A stretch of 61,707 nucleotides of DNA, the filler included, from Stramenopiles sp. TOSAG23-3 (lineage: Eukaryota): assembly GCA_900128585.1 (NCBI GenBank). It is 41 parts of 41 records of this genome, joined end to end, with 100 filler letters (N's around TTAATTAATTAA, not from the genome) between each part and the next. Parts side by side here need not be neighbours in the genome. Positions count along the whole stretch, not along the records: positions 45,671 to 46,762 come from LT646507.1; positions 46,863 to 54,239 come from LT643164.1; positions 54,340 to 61,707 come from LT643165.1; 38 more parts are not named here. The stretch is one strand, 5' to 3'. Position 1 is the first letter of the stretch. Each line of letters begins with the position of its first letter. The position numbers and the translations under genes are program-made. The notes beneath the pieces were generated by a model. It searched no databases. It saw nothing but the letters and a program-made list of their open reading frames with translations, and was not told the origin of the DNA. This document shows, piece by piece, positions 45,940 to 56,529 of the stretch.

Positions 45940-47563
45940 GGTTTCAAACCTGTGATCTAATTTGTTCAAAAGAAAACACAAACTATAAAACGACAAGTAA
46001 ATAATTATATTTCTTCTTGCATGCACAATCTTTTTTATAAATCATTAGAATGGAAATGGTTTTATTATTGTTTTCCTAGTGTATATCAATTCAATAATCC
46101 TCGTAGATAGAAACAAGTCGTCTACTATTATTATTCCTTCTTCTTCTCATAGTTACATTGTAGTACTAATATAGCTATATATTTAAATTGTGTCTAATAA
46201 TTATATCATCAACAAGAGCTATTTTATTATTATAGCTATACTAGTTATACCAAGGTAGTAGTTGAATATTTTTCGTCTTGTTTTTTTGCTTGTGTGTGAC
46301 AAGTGACAACAACATGCACTTACACCCATCATATTATCACATCCCATTTTTTATTTTTTTGTTGAGATCGGAGACAGAAAATTATTTGTTTTCTTATCTG
46401 CTATTAGATGTATTATTAATATAAAATACGAGGACCCTTTCTTTGAGTTGCTTTGCTAAATAAAAAAACGATCTTCTTGTTGAAACAACTTGAGTTCTGG
46501 ATTATTTAACAGGGTCATACTATAAGAAAACAGATTAAAATCGTTTATTTTTTTGTGTTGTTTTACAATACTTTGCTTCTGTCGTCTCCCTCTACTACTG
46601 TGCGTGTGCGTGTTGGGATTACCGCCAAATGATTCCTTTGTTATTCTTACTTTATTCAATTTCTTTTCTCTTAGTTTTATTTGCAACACGCTTCGACGCT
46701 TCTTTGTTGCTCGAACCAACAAAACAAAAGAGTCTTTCGTTTCATACTACTACGAGGAGTTCNNNNNNNNNNNNNNNNNNNNNNNNNNNNNNNNNNNNNN
46801 NNNNNNTTAATTAATTAANNNNNNNNNNNNNNNNNNNNNNNNNNNNNNNNNNNNNNNNNNNNATAATAATAACGGATCGATAATATTATAAGAGCTGAGT
46901 GAAGGGGAAGAAATCTCAGTCAAGATTTCTCAGTTTCTCTTTAATAACCCTATATTTAACACTATTACCAAAGTTAATTGTTTTTTTGTGATTTGATTGA
47001 TACCGTACGTACCTGTTACACAATGAAGAAATGTTCCTATTTAATTATGTACTTGTATAATTTTAAAATACATGCATTTTTTTTAACCGTTTTTTTTTTT
47101 CGTCCGTTTTTATATTAATTAGCTATATTAATACACAGGCATAACAGCGGAGGAGAACGGAATACGAGGAGTTCGTAGAAGGTAGTAGAAGAAGAGATAA
47201 AAAAATAAATTTTTTTTTTTATTTTAATTAATTTATTAGAGCTTTATAATATAATAATACTGCTGTAAGTAATAGAAATAAAAAAATAATTAATTATTAT
47301 ATTAAAAAAAAAAGGAACAACATCATTCATGATAATAAACAAACAGCAGCAGTAGTTGTGATTGCAAAGTCATGTTTCTTTCTTCCTGAGAAGTATGATT
47401 AATTACGTATGCGTGTGTGTGTATGATCCTGTGAATTTAAATGTTTTTGTACGTCTTGATACATGTTTAACCCTTAATAGAATTTCTTTCATAACTTTCA
47501 TTTTTGTAACATATTTTCGATCTCTTACCGTCTTTCAATCAAGTTGAAATCGTTGAGAAGAAA

Positions 47564-50500
47564 ATGGCAGAATATTCAAAAGAAGACGACGAAGTCGCGG
47601 GGCGCAACGCCGGGCCCCAGTTCGACGAGCCTGCTGGGGTTCGCTTCATGACGGAGCGGGGCAAGCAAACGGGAGAACTTTACTATTGGGGCACAATGGC
47701 GAGTGAGAACCCTAAAATTTTAGTAGACTCCAGGGGTTCACGAGTGTCGCACATATCCGCTGGTAACGACCATGTACTGGTCGTAACGGACGAAGGGGGA
47801 GGTAGGGCCAGGTTTGTCCCAGAAATTCCCGAGACCAAAGACCCAGAGGACAAAGACATTATATTAAAGGATCTAGCAGCAATGGAGTTAGGAACCGACG
47901 GAATTGCCCGAGCAGCCGTTGGAAGTTCGCACACTTTGATCAGTACAACGAAAGGGGAAGTGTACGCCTGGGGCCGGGGCGAACAGGGGCAGCTGGGACT
48001 GCCACACGCCCTTGGGGCCGCAAGCCCCCAACTGCTGTCAACTTTTGTAGGGAAGAATATTATTGAAATATCCGCTGGAGAGAGCCACAGTGCGGCAGTG
48101 ACCGACGATGGTGGACTGTACATGTGGGGTTCAAACGAGCAAGGACAGTGTGGAATTGGAAAAGGTGTTCCGTTTTCCATGATACTAACGCCTCGGTTCG
48201 TTCCGTCGTTTTTAGGTGTCCGAATCAGTCGCGTCAGTTGTGGGTATCGATTTACGGCAGCCGTGACGGAGCAGGGAGAGATTTGGACGTGGGGCGAAGG
48301 CCAAGCCGGCCAGCTAGGCTGCGGTCGCCACACCACAAAGACTGTCCCACAGCTCGCTGCAGCGGTTGATATGACCAGCGGCAGTGATGGCTTTGCCGAT
48401 GTGGCGTGTGGCTGGTGCCATTGCCTTGGCCTTTCCCGTGGCGGTGAAATTTTTTCCTGGGGCCTGAATGCGCACGGGCAGCTGGGTTTAGGCGACCACA
48501 AGGCCCGCCATTACCCTGAGAAAATGTCTGTGGCAGTGGACGGCAGCACGGAGAAGGAGCTCAAATTTAGCCAAATATCTGCGGGAAGAAACTACTCTGC
48601 CTCCCTCTCAGATTCGGGAGAAATGTACGCTTGGGGAAGTCAGTTTAAAGGCCATGGAGGGGGGGACAGCCACGTGCTTGCTCCTAAGGCAGTCGAGCTG
48701 ACCGAGGGCAAAAACTTCTCTTTCGTTGCGTGCGGGGAAGGGCACATAGTCGCATTTGCTCCAACGGGCGTCCGCAGTATTTCACCCAATGCTGGACCAA
48801 CGGACGGTGGCACGGAACTATCCATTCAAGTCGATGGGGTGTGGGAGTGCGATGAGATTTTAGTGCGATTCTTCGCCAATGTTCCCGTGGAAGACGAGGG
48901 CAAGGAAGAGGGCAAGGAAGTTGAAATGGAGGAGATTGCAGAGACTCAGACAGGCTTTTACGACAAGGAAAGTGGTTGCGTCAAATGCACGACCCCGCCT
49001 TGGTTCCCAGCGGAAAAGGTTACCGTCGAAATCACTGTAAACGGTTTCGATTACACTGCCAACGGCCACGAGTTTACGTACTACGATACCCCGGAAATTA
49101 ACGACGTGACGCCAACGAGCGGGCCCATTACGGGCGGCACCAACATTTCGATCCACGGGGTCAACTTTGTACAGAGTGACTTCTTGAAAGTTCGATTGAG
49201 AACAATTGTTCCGGAGGGCACAGAAAGCGTATCAGAGGTGTTTGTAGTATCAGGGCGGTTTATTTCCGACAAGTGTGTGGAATGCAACACTCCCACCCTT
49301 TCAAACGTTGAAGACCACGTCACGTACGTATCGGTCGCGGTTGACGTGGCATTAAACGGGATAGACTTTACCGATGCAGGCATAACATTCGATATGTTGA
49401 ACATCAAACTGGCCGGCTGTCTTCCACAGTGCGCTTTGCGCAAAGGTGGGCAAGAGATCTTGATTCAAGGAACTGGGCTATGCGAAGTCGATGAGCCAAT
49501 ACTAATAAAGTTTGCCTTTGCTGATGGTCGACAGCGTATTGTGGAGGGCGAGCTGGTCCCTGCGGGAGATGCGGGCGAAGATGGCGACAACGAAACGTTT
49601 GCAGGCGTCAAATGCGCGTGTCCCGCGCTGGACGGGTCTCCGGCGCCACAACTACCTCAAGGATCAACAGTTTCAACCGTTGAACCAGAGGAAGTTGAGT
49701 GGAAAACTGGGTACGGAAATGAAGAATTAGTAGTGCAAGTGTCGATGAACGGGGGTGTTGATTTTATTGCAGACGAACTTCCGTTTATTGTTTACCGTGG
49801 GTTCTTTACTAATTTCAAGTTTTCCTCCGAATGCCTGTACGCAATGGGAGGGACGGTGCTCAATATCACACAGTCGCTTGAGCAGGCTGAGAGCCCAGCA
49901 GTTGCTGGAGGCGAGGCATCAAAAGAAGCTGAAGCCCAAGAGGAGGGCGAAGCATCAAAAGAGGACGAGGCTACAGAAGATGGCGAGGCGTCGAAAGAGG
50001 GCGAAGCCGCAGAAGATGGCGAGGCGTCAAAAGAGGATGAAGCTGCAGAAGAGGGCGAGGCTTCGAAAGAGGATGAGGCTGCAAAAGGGGAGGGGGCGTC
50101 GAAAGAGGATGAGGCCACGGTGTCAGACGCACTTAACAACTTTGCACCTTCAGAAGCGACTCCCTACGAAGAATGGATTTTTGCATGCCCTACTACAAAA
50201 ATACGTTTCTCTGGCTCCGGACAAGACATCATTGTTTCATTAGATTATTTGCCGGAAAAGAAATGTTACACCTGTGTTGCCCCTGCATTGGTGGGCGCTG
50301 AGAAGTGGCACAACTTTGTCCTTGAGAATATTAGCAAGGTCGCAGAAGAGGAGGCGGAGGGCGAACCGGTGGAAGAAGACGAGGAGGCCCCACCTAAACC
50401 AGTTGAACCTAAGTGTAACAGGATTAGCGTTGAAGTTTCGATAGCAGTGGACGGAAAATCGTTTGAAACCATAGGAACAATCGATTATGTCCCCCCTCCC

Positions 50501-50812
50501 GTAGTGAAAAGGGTCGAGCCAGCCGAGGACGTAACTTGCGATATGGAGATGAAGCTCTTTGGCGAGTTTAAACATTGCAGCCTGGGCAATGGTTTCCCAG
50601 TAGGCGTTCGTATCACACACTTGGGCACTGGCGAAGAGTACGATGTCGATGGAACAGTTTCCGGCGACAGCATTGATTTTGCGATGCCAGACGTGGAGTA
50701 TGAGCCGGGACAGGAAAAGTGCAAAGTCGAAGTTTCCATCGATCAGTTGACTTTTACGGAGTGGGATTTCGCAACGTTGAAGATGAAAGTTGAAGAGGAA
50801 GAAGAAGATTAG
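47564..50812 (+). CDS. RCC1-repeat beta-propeller + multiple IPT/TIG domains, acidic, complete (1082 aa)
   Basis: RCC1 blades (VYAWGRGEQGQLG, ISAGESHS, VACGWCH), then IPT units (ISPNAGPTDGGTEL, VTPTSGPITGGTNISIHG..F, VEITVNGFDY). Confidence 0.9.
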   Translation: MAEYSKEDDEVAGRNAGPQFDEPAGVRFMTERGKQTGELYYWGTMASENPKILVDSRGSRVSHISAGNDHVLVVTDEGGGRARFVPEIPETKDPEDKDIILKDLAAMELGTDGIARAAVGSSHTLISTTKGEVYAWGRGEQGQLGLPHALGAASPQLLSTFVGKNIIEISAGESHSAAVTDDGGLYMWGSNEQGQCGIGKGVPFSMILTPRFVPSFLGVRISRVSCGYRFTAAVTEQGEIWTWGEGQAGQLGCGRHTTKTVPQLAAAVDMTSGSDGFADVACGWCHCLGLSRGGEIFSWGLNAHGQLGLGDHKARHYPEKMSVAVDGSTEKELKFSQISAGRNYSASLSDSGEMYAWGSQFKGHGGGDSHVLAPKAVELTEGKNFSFVACGEGHIVAFAPTGVRSISPNAGPTDGGTELSIQVDGVWECDEILVRFFANVPVEDEGKEEGKEVEMEEIAETQTGFYDKESGCVKCTTPPWFPAEKVTVEITVNGFDYTANGHEFTYYDTPEINDVTPTSGPITGGTNISIHGVNFVQSDFLKVRLRTIVPEGTESVSEVFVVSGRFISDKCVECNTPTLSNVEDHVTYVSVAVDVALNGIDFTDAGITFDMLNIKLAGCLPQCALRKGGQEILIQGTGLCEVDEPILIKFAFADGRQRIVEGELVPAGDAGEDGDNETFAGVKCACPALDGSPAPQLPQGSTVSTVEPEEVEWKTGYGNEELVVQVSMNGGVDFIADELPFIVYRGFFTNFKFSSECLYAMGGTVLNITQSLEQAESPAVAGGEASKEAEAQEEGEASKEDEATEDGEASKEGEAAEDGEASKEDEAAEEGEASKEDEAAKGEGASKEDEATVSDALNNFAPSEATPYEEWIFACPTTKIRFSGSGQDIIVSLDYLPEKKCYTCVAPALVGAEKWHNFVLENISKVAEEEAEGEPVEEDEEAPPKPVEPKCNRISVEVSIAVDGKSFETIGTIDYVPPPVVKRVEPAEDVTCDMEMKLFGEFKHCSLGNGFPVGVRITHLGTGEEYDVDGTVSGDSIDFAMPDVEYEPGQEKCKVEVSIDQLTFTEWDFATLKMKVEEEEED
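49910..50115 (+). repeat. In-frame 36-bp tandem repeat encoding GEASKEDEAAEE, about 6 units
   Basis: Seen in the translation of the RCC1-IPT gene. Confidence 0.9.
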
Positions 50813-51130
50813 GAGAACTCGTACATTTGTATAAAAATAAGAATAATTTTTTAGAAGGGGAGTAACTTTACGCGAAAGTAAGTTTAAGCACCTTTTCTAA
50901 AATTGCAGAATTATCCTTTTAGTATATTAAAACATATAGTGTTAGTATAGTATAATTTGTTTTTTACAAAAAAGAAAATATATATATTAGTCTAATAAAT
51001 ACGACTATGTATCATGAATATCATTAGTTTTTTTTTTAATACGACGTTTTTTTCAAGATTGCAGAAAACCTATTTTTAAAAACAAGAAGTAGACGACTAT
51101 CATTAGTACATTTTAATTTTAATTACTTAT

Positions 51131-51212
51131 TTATAAAACAAGAAAATTGTTTTTTTTAATTAAAAAAACAAAAAATTGATGTACTGCGAAAATGAATCTG
51201 CTCCTTTTGTCC
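51131..51212 (+). repeat. Dispersed 3'-intergenic element copy 4 (truncated A plus B)
   Basis: AAAACAAGAAAATTG...AAAACAAAAAATTGATGTACTGCGAAAATGAATCTGCTCCTTTTGTCC between convergent genes. Confidence 0.85.
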
Positions 51213-51301
51213 ATTATTTTTAATAATCAAAAATTTCTCTCTCCGTTTTCCTGTTCCTCAAATTTTAGAAAAATCCACGACCATGAGAACAAAAGGAGCG
51301 A

Positions 51302-53305
51302 TCAAAAATATTTTTTTAGCAAATCATGGGGGGCTGAATTTTTTGGTTGACTCGCCATTTCAATCAATTCGCACGCTCTCTTAATCATCGCGTTTCTAAT
51401 TTGCTTCTCTTGAACGCGTAGCATTTCCGTTGAAATATTAGGATGGTGTGACCGATTCCCATGCTTTTTTAAAAACATTTGAATTTCATTGATCATCATC
51501 ACACTATTCTTAACAGAGAGACCTCCATGGCCTGCAGATGAGGACAGTAAGAGAATTTTTTCACTTAAAACATTGTTTAAATTTTTTTTATGGCTTTCAT
51601 GCAATCTGTGAACAATGTGATTAATGAATCGCTTCAAAATGTTTTTTTGTTTATCTGTGATGCCGCTGAAGTCGTGTAAATGGTCTCGCTTTTGAATGTT
51701 CTCTTCTAAAACATCCACCAGCACCCGACCATCTGACGACAATTCGACATCATACGTACCGTCTGCATTTGCGTTAATAATTTCTCCATCTAGTGACAAT
51801 TTCATTCCTCGCTTTTGCACTTGACATAGGAACCCAGGGTGTCGTCGTCCGTAAATCCTTTTTTTACATATGTTGCGGAGTACCTTTCGTTTCATTTTCA
51901 TGTTCGCTTTCCCCCTCTTTCCTACAGAGAGAATCACGTCTACTGTATTGTCAATGTTGATCGAACTAACAGTGCACGCTTTTCTGACGTGCTTTCCAGT
52001 TTTTTTGAATTCGATACAAGCATGAGTTCCGACTGATAATTGGTGTGTATGTTTGTGATGCACTGCTTTATGGTGCAATTTTAAACTTTGGGAATGAAGT
52101 CTTTTGTTATCACCATCGAAACTGCTGTCCGAGCTAGATTCGCTATCGCTTTCGCTTGAAAAATAGTCTTCCTCACTAATTTGGTCATCGATATCGTGCG
52201 CTCGAAACACACGACCAAAGCAGGCGCAAAAAACGACAAGCAATCGTTCGGCCAATGGCATCATTATGTTGCGTTTTTTTTTACCCCGTCTGTAATCTAA
52301 ACGACTAAGCCCTAAATCGAACGGCATATTCACTTTCAGCATGTACGCCATCGTGGTATCGTCAATGTGGTAATTCATGAGAAACCGTGACAGCGCTTCT
52401 AGGAATTCATTGTAGTGAATCCCGGTTTCAGCATTTGCATGGGTAGGAAAAGGGTGAGACATCGTGTAACTAAGTTTTATGCTGCTTTTGTCAACCCGTT
52501 TTGGACCGAAAAGAAGCTGAACACACTTGATGTACTGCAATTGCGTTAGGTGGAATTGTTTCACAAAGTAATGGTAGAGCTTTTTAAGAGCAAACTCATA
52601 ATCTTTGAATACATGTTCTGTCTGCTTCGTAAAAAGCATTTCCACCGCGAAAGTATCGTGCAACAAATGATTGTGACTCTTTGGGGAAATTAAGTATCGA
52701 TCAAACAACTCTTTCAACTGCTTGGCTGGTGAGAACCGTTTAAAGCTGATTTGTCTTGATAAATATACCAATGCAAGATAAAAATGTAAACGGTGAATCT
52801 TTGATCCTTTTTTAAAGTCTGGATCGTCAAAATCTATATCAACGTCTCCCATTGCGAGGCTTTCTTCACATGCCTTCTGAAAACATTTTTTCAATATGGG
52901 ATCTGTTTGCTGTCCATTAATTTTAGCGCTGTCCTTCAATAGTGTTTGTATTACACTTTTTGGGTCTAGTTGCGTTTGTGCATGATGACGAGTTCTACCA
53001 GATTGTCGGACTCGTTCGTTTGTAACTGATGTCACCATTGAATTTTTGCTCTTCGGTGGATTAGAGACCCTAAGCATGGTTTTTTTCCGAATTTTGTTCA
53101 GCCTTTTTTTCCGGAAAACGTCGTTCAGATTGAATTCATGCAAAAACTTAACCCAACCTTCTCCCTTCAATCTTTCACCTCCAGCATAGCGCCGAAACAA
53201 ACGATCCGTAAGCTTGAGATTGCATAATATTCTGTTTTCGATGAACTTGTTCAGGTCGTGGCGACAACTTTGATTGTTTGTATTCTTTCGGTTTTGACGC
53301 AACAA
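51302..53305 (-). CDS. Basic hypothetical protein with EF-hand-like helical region and two Tudor/SH3-like modules; start uncertain
   Basis: 667-codon frame; IHYNEFLEALSR; TVSSINIDNTVDV and GEIINANADGTYDVEL. No in-frame ATG near the 5' end. Confidence 0.6.
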   Translation of the reverse strand: MLRQNRKNTNNQSCRHDLNKFIENRILCNLKLTDRLFRRYAGGERLKGEGWVKFLHEFNLNDVFRKKRLNKIRKKTMLRVSNPPKSKNSMVTSVTNERVRQSGRTRHHAQTQLDPKSVIQTLLKDSAKINGQQTDPILKKCFQKACEESLAMGDVDIDFDDPDFKKGSKIHRLHFYLALVYLSRQISFKRFSPAKQLKELFDRYLISPKSHNHLLHDTFAVEMLFTKQTEHVFKDYEFALKKLYHYFVKQFHLTQLQYIKCVQLLFGPKRVDKSSIKLSYTMSHPFPTHANAETGIHYNEFLEALSRFLMNYHIDDTTMAYMLKVNMPFDLGLSRLDYRRGKKKRNIMMPLAERLLVVFCACFGRVFRAHDIDDQISEEDYFSSESDSESSSDSSFDGDNKRLHSQSLKLHHKAVHHKHTHQLSVGTHACIEFKKTGKHVRKACTVSSINIDNTVDVILSVGKRGKANMKMKRKVLRNICKKRIYGRRHPGFLCQVQKRGMKLSLDGEIINANADGTYDVELSSDGRVLVDVLEENIQKRDHLHDFSGITDKQKNILKRFINHIVHRLHESHKKNLNNVLSEKILLLSSSAGHGGLSVKNSVMMINEIQMFLKKHGNRSHHPNISTEMLRVQEKQIRNAMIKRACELIEMASQPKNSAPHDLLKKYF

Positions 53306-54086
53306 ATCTATGCTTATGGCAACACTTTCTTGTGCGGGAGTTAGCAGCCAAAGCCTCCCATATTTGTGAACTTTTCATCATCTTGGCCGTACGCGTGCCT
53401 TGCCAATTAAAAATCCCTCACCCGCCCCAATGGAAACGTGGTGAATGCGACAAAAACAACAACCAGTGTTTTGTTTCCCATTCCAAAGATTCTTGTCACA
53501 CGATGAGATTCACATGCTTTGATCAAGTTATTCTTCATTGTTATGTTGCATGCATTTTTGTTTTTTGTACAAAGAAAATTATTCATTTTTTAAATATTAA
53601 AATTTTTATTATTAGATCATCTAATAATAATACATTAATAAAATTCATTATAAATAAAAAAACCGTTAAAACTCCATTGGTAATATTAAGGGCAAATAAT
53701 GACTTCTTCTTTGTTTTTTTGTTGCCAACTTCCAACTATTATACTGCACGGATTAAATCACGAATGATAAATATCGGTGATTTATTCACAAATAAATATT
53801 GTGTACAACATACCTTAACGATCGCCATTCCATATATTTTTAACAAAATAAATACAATAATAATAATTCTCTTGGCAAAGGTTAGGATAAAAATGTGTTC
53901 CTGTGCGAAATAGTTGATACCATTAGTACTTTCTTCCCGAACATGAAAGATAATATCGTTTCCTCCTGATTCCTTCTAATCGTTTGGTTTCACCCCTTTC
54001 TTGAACATTTTTAAACGGACACCAGCAGAGCGTAAATAATGGGAAATTGTTTCATGGTGCCTTAGACTGCCGTTAGTGAAAGAACC

Positions 54087-54239
54087 ATGCAGGCAATAGA
54101 CGATCCCCCCATTGTCGGGGAAATTGTTCGATTGGTCTCCGCAAGCGAACAGGCACTGTCTATACATACCGAACTTGCCTTTATGTCACCCGTGCTTAAA
54201 TCAGCCTTGCAACTAAACATGATGGAGTCGAAGAGAAAC
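54087..54239 (+). CDS. BTB/SKP1-like domain protein N-terminus
   Basis: IVRLVSASEQALSIHTELAFMSPVLKSAL..NMMES. Confidence 0.6.
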
Positions 54240-54339
54240 NNNNNNNNNNNNNNNNNNNNNNNNNNNNNNNNNNNNNNNNNNNNTTAATTAATTAANNNNN
54301 NNNNNNNNNNNNNNNNNNNNNNNNNNNNNNNNNNNNNNN

Positions 54340-54415
54340 CCTTCTTCCTTCTTCCTTCTTCCTTCTTCCTTCTTCCTTCTTCCTTCTTCCTTCTTCCTTC
54401 TTCCTTCTTCCTTCT
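54340..54415. repeat. (CTTCCTT)n heptamer microsatellite at contig end
   Basis: Read directly from sequence. Confidence 0.95.
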
Positions 54416-54881
54416 TTTCTCTTTTTACAATTTGACCGTTGCACCTTTCAGTGCTATTTCCATATAGCGTTTTAGGTATTTCTATTTTTCTCCCTTACAC
54501 AGCTACACAGCCTTGGTATTGGAATAATTAATTTTATTTTATTATTTATTATCGACAAACGACGACGACGACAACTTTTGGGCTTGGTTTCGTTCCATTT
54601 GAGTTTTTAGACGCTTGCTAATTACAATGCATATTCATACATATGTTTATATTTTCATGACAATAGTCCATTTATTCTTACAATCATTCTTAATTACGTT
54701 TTGTACTTTGCACTTCATTCCGTATTGTGTCTGCACGAACGAACGGTTGTTAGGTAGAGGATCCAGTCGTTTTTAAAGCTATCGTGGTGTTGTTGCTCGA
54801 TTCGTTACGGACGCGCGTGTGGTAGTAGTATAAATAGCAGTTTAAGGAGTTGACACGTCTGAGCGAAGCCAGTACTGTAGA

Positions 54882-56189
54882 ATGTCGCAAAATCAGTCGT
54901 ATGCTTTCTCGGAAGCGCCGAGGGCTGTGCCTGGGAAGCGCCCGAAGTACCGTGACCATGATGGTCCGGCAGCGTCGCATGGAAAATCGATGAATAATTT
55001 AATGTTTGACCGGCGTATTGTTCGTGGCAATACGTTCGGTGGCATGGGGTTAGGGGGCAGCCCAGCACCAAGCCCGGGTTCCACTGGGAAGAAGAAGCGC
55101 CGAAAGGAGCCCGTGAGTATCTTTGACCTGAGACCCAAACTTCATAGGAATAAACCCGTCAACTTAGATGCCTTCCTTATTGAAGAAGCCAAGGAGACCC
55201 CGGAGATCGAGGTGCAGACGCAGACGGACACCTTCGCCGACTTGCCCGAGGAGGAAGAGTACGTTCCGCGGAAGACGGGCGTCGACGCGTCCACGCAGAT
55301 CGAGCCGGAAGACAATTTGTTTAAGTTTGACCTGGAGGTTCTCCCCATCCTTGAGGTGTTGGTGGGAAAGACCCTTGAGCAGGCATTGCAAGAGGTGGAA
55401 GAGGAGGACGAGTTAGCAGACCTTAGGAGCCGTAAGCAAGAGCTGTACGCCGCGAAGGCGGCCGAGGACGCACGGATCAGGCAGATGGAGGTCGACGAGA
55501 TCGCGCTGCACAGGGCCAAGGAGGAGCGCAAGGCGAGCGAGATAGACCGCGTAGAGCGCGAGCGCGTAGTGAGCGAAAAGGTAAGTGCCAGTTCCCTGAC
55601 GAACCAGATGGTCGGGGACCAGTTTGTTGATCGTGTGTTTGATAGGATGCAAGAGACGGGCTTCTTCAAGGATGCCACAAGGATCGATGTTGAAAATAAA
55701 TTTATGCCTTGGATCATGGACATGGTCGGTGGTGAACTAGCGAATATTGACACCAGCCGTCGGTTGGTAGATGCGGCGATCAAGAAGGCCCTGCACACCC
55801 AGCGCCGAGCGGAAGACATGGCGTCCTTAAAGCGCGACGCCAACAACGCACTCGCTTTGAACGCGGAGCAAAAGCGCGATGGCCCTAAAATGCAAGGCGT
55901 CATTCGGATCAATGTGCAGGGGGTTGCGGACCTGGACGAGATCGGGCCCATTGCGCTCGAACCGAACGACACGATCGAGCAAGTAGAAGCGAAAATCCAA
56001 GAGTGGGTGAGAGATTATACGGAGAAAACAGGAACGGAAGTGCCTGTGCCAGACGGAGGATTTTTGAACGCAGGTGTAAATTTTAACGGCAAGCAACTGG
56101 GCGACGGCTCCCTCTTAGAGAACGATATCCCGGACATGGCGACGTTGTCGGTTGGCCCAGGCGAGGCAGCGGCAGAGGCGGAAGAGTAG
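54882..56189 (+). CDS. RSPH3: Radial spoke protein 3 with C-terminal ubiquitin-like domain
   Basis: NLMFDRRIVRGNTF, KTGVDASTQIE..LFKFDLEVLPILEVLVGKTLEQALQEV.EE.EL, VENKFMPW; C-terminal EPNDTIEQVEAKIQE...FNGKQL.DG. Confidence 0.92.
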   Translation: MSQNQSYAFSEAPRAVPGKRPKYRDHDGPAASHGKSMNNLMFDRRIVRGNTFGGMGLGGSPAPSPGSTGKKKRRKEPVSIFDLRPKLHRNKPVNLDAFLIEEAKETPEIEVQTQTDTFADLPEEEEYVPRKTGVDASTQIEPEDNLFKFDLEVLPILEVLVGKTLEQALQEVEEEDELADLRSRKQELYAAKAAEDARIRQMEVDEIALHRAKEERKASEIDRVERERVVSEKVSASSLTNQMVGDQFVDRVFDRMQETGFFKDATRIDVENKFMPWIMDMVGGELANIDTSRRLVDAAIKKALHTQRRAEDMASLKRDANNALALNAEQKRDGPKMQGVIRINVQGVADLDEIGPIALEPNDTIEQVEAKIQEWVRDYTEKTGTEVPVPDGGFLNAGVNFNGKQLGDGSLLENDIPDMATLSVGPGEAAAEAEE

Positions 56190-56529
56190 GGTGAGGGAAG
56201 GAAGGTTTCTTCGAACCACTTGCAGTTGCGTCCGCCCAGTCTAGGCAGAAGCAGGGAAAACGAGAGCGAAATTAAAAGAAAAAGTCTGATCGTAATAAGA
56301 AAACAAAACAGTTCTTACATATAATTTGTACCGTACAAACAGAGTTGTGCGCAGCGTCTTTTCATAAAACGAGAATACGAAAATAGCATATCTCATAAGA
56401 ATGTAAATTTTGTTTTCAAGCACACAATTACCTTCTACTGTTACACGATAATTTACTCACACCTTTCCAGCAGAGCAGAGTGTGGGTTACGCGCAGTACT
56501 GTGTTTAATTACACATACACACCGACCTC

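Noticed and set aside
1-46861. Apparent clustering of flagellar, transport and DNA-repair genes into a 'system'
   Set aside because: Neighbouring genes sit on different contigs ordered by length, so linkage cannot be inferred.
53278-53913. 211-aa ORF and other ORFs in AT-rich or microsatellite DNA (2069, 2181, 20269, 30107, 35192, 46553)
   Set aside because: They are I/F/N/K-biased translations of low-complexity intergenic sequence.
1112-54339. Regularly spaced TTAATTAATTAA 'repeat' resembling a CRISPR or nanochromosome array
   Set aside because: It is embedded in fixed N padding and encodes stops in all six frames, so it is a concatenation linker, not biology.
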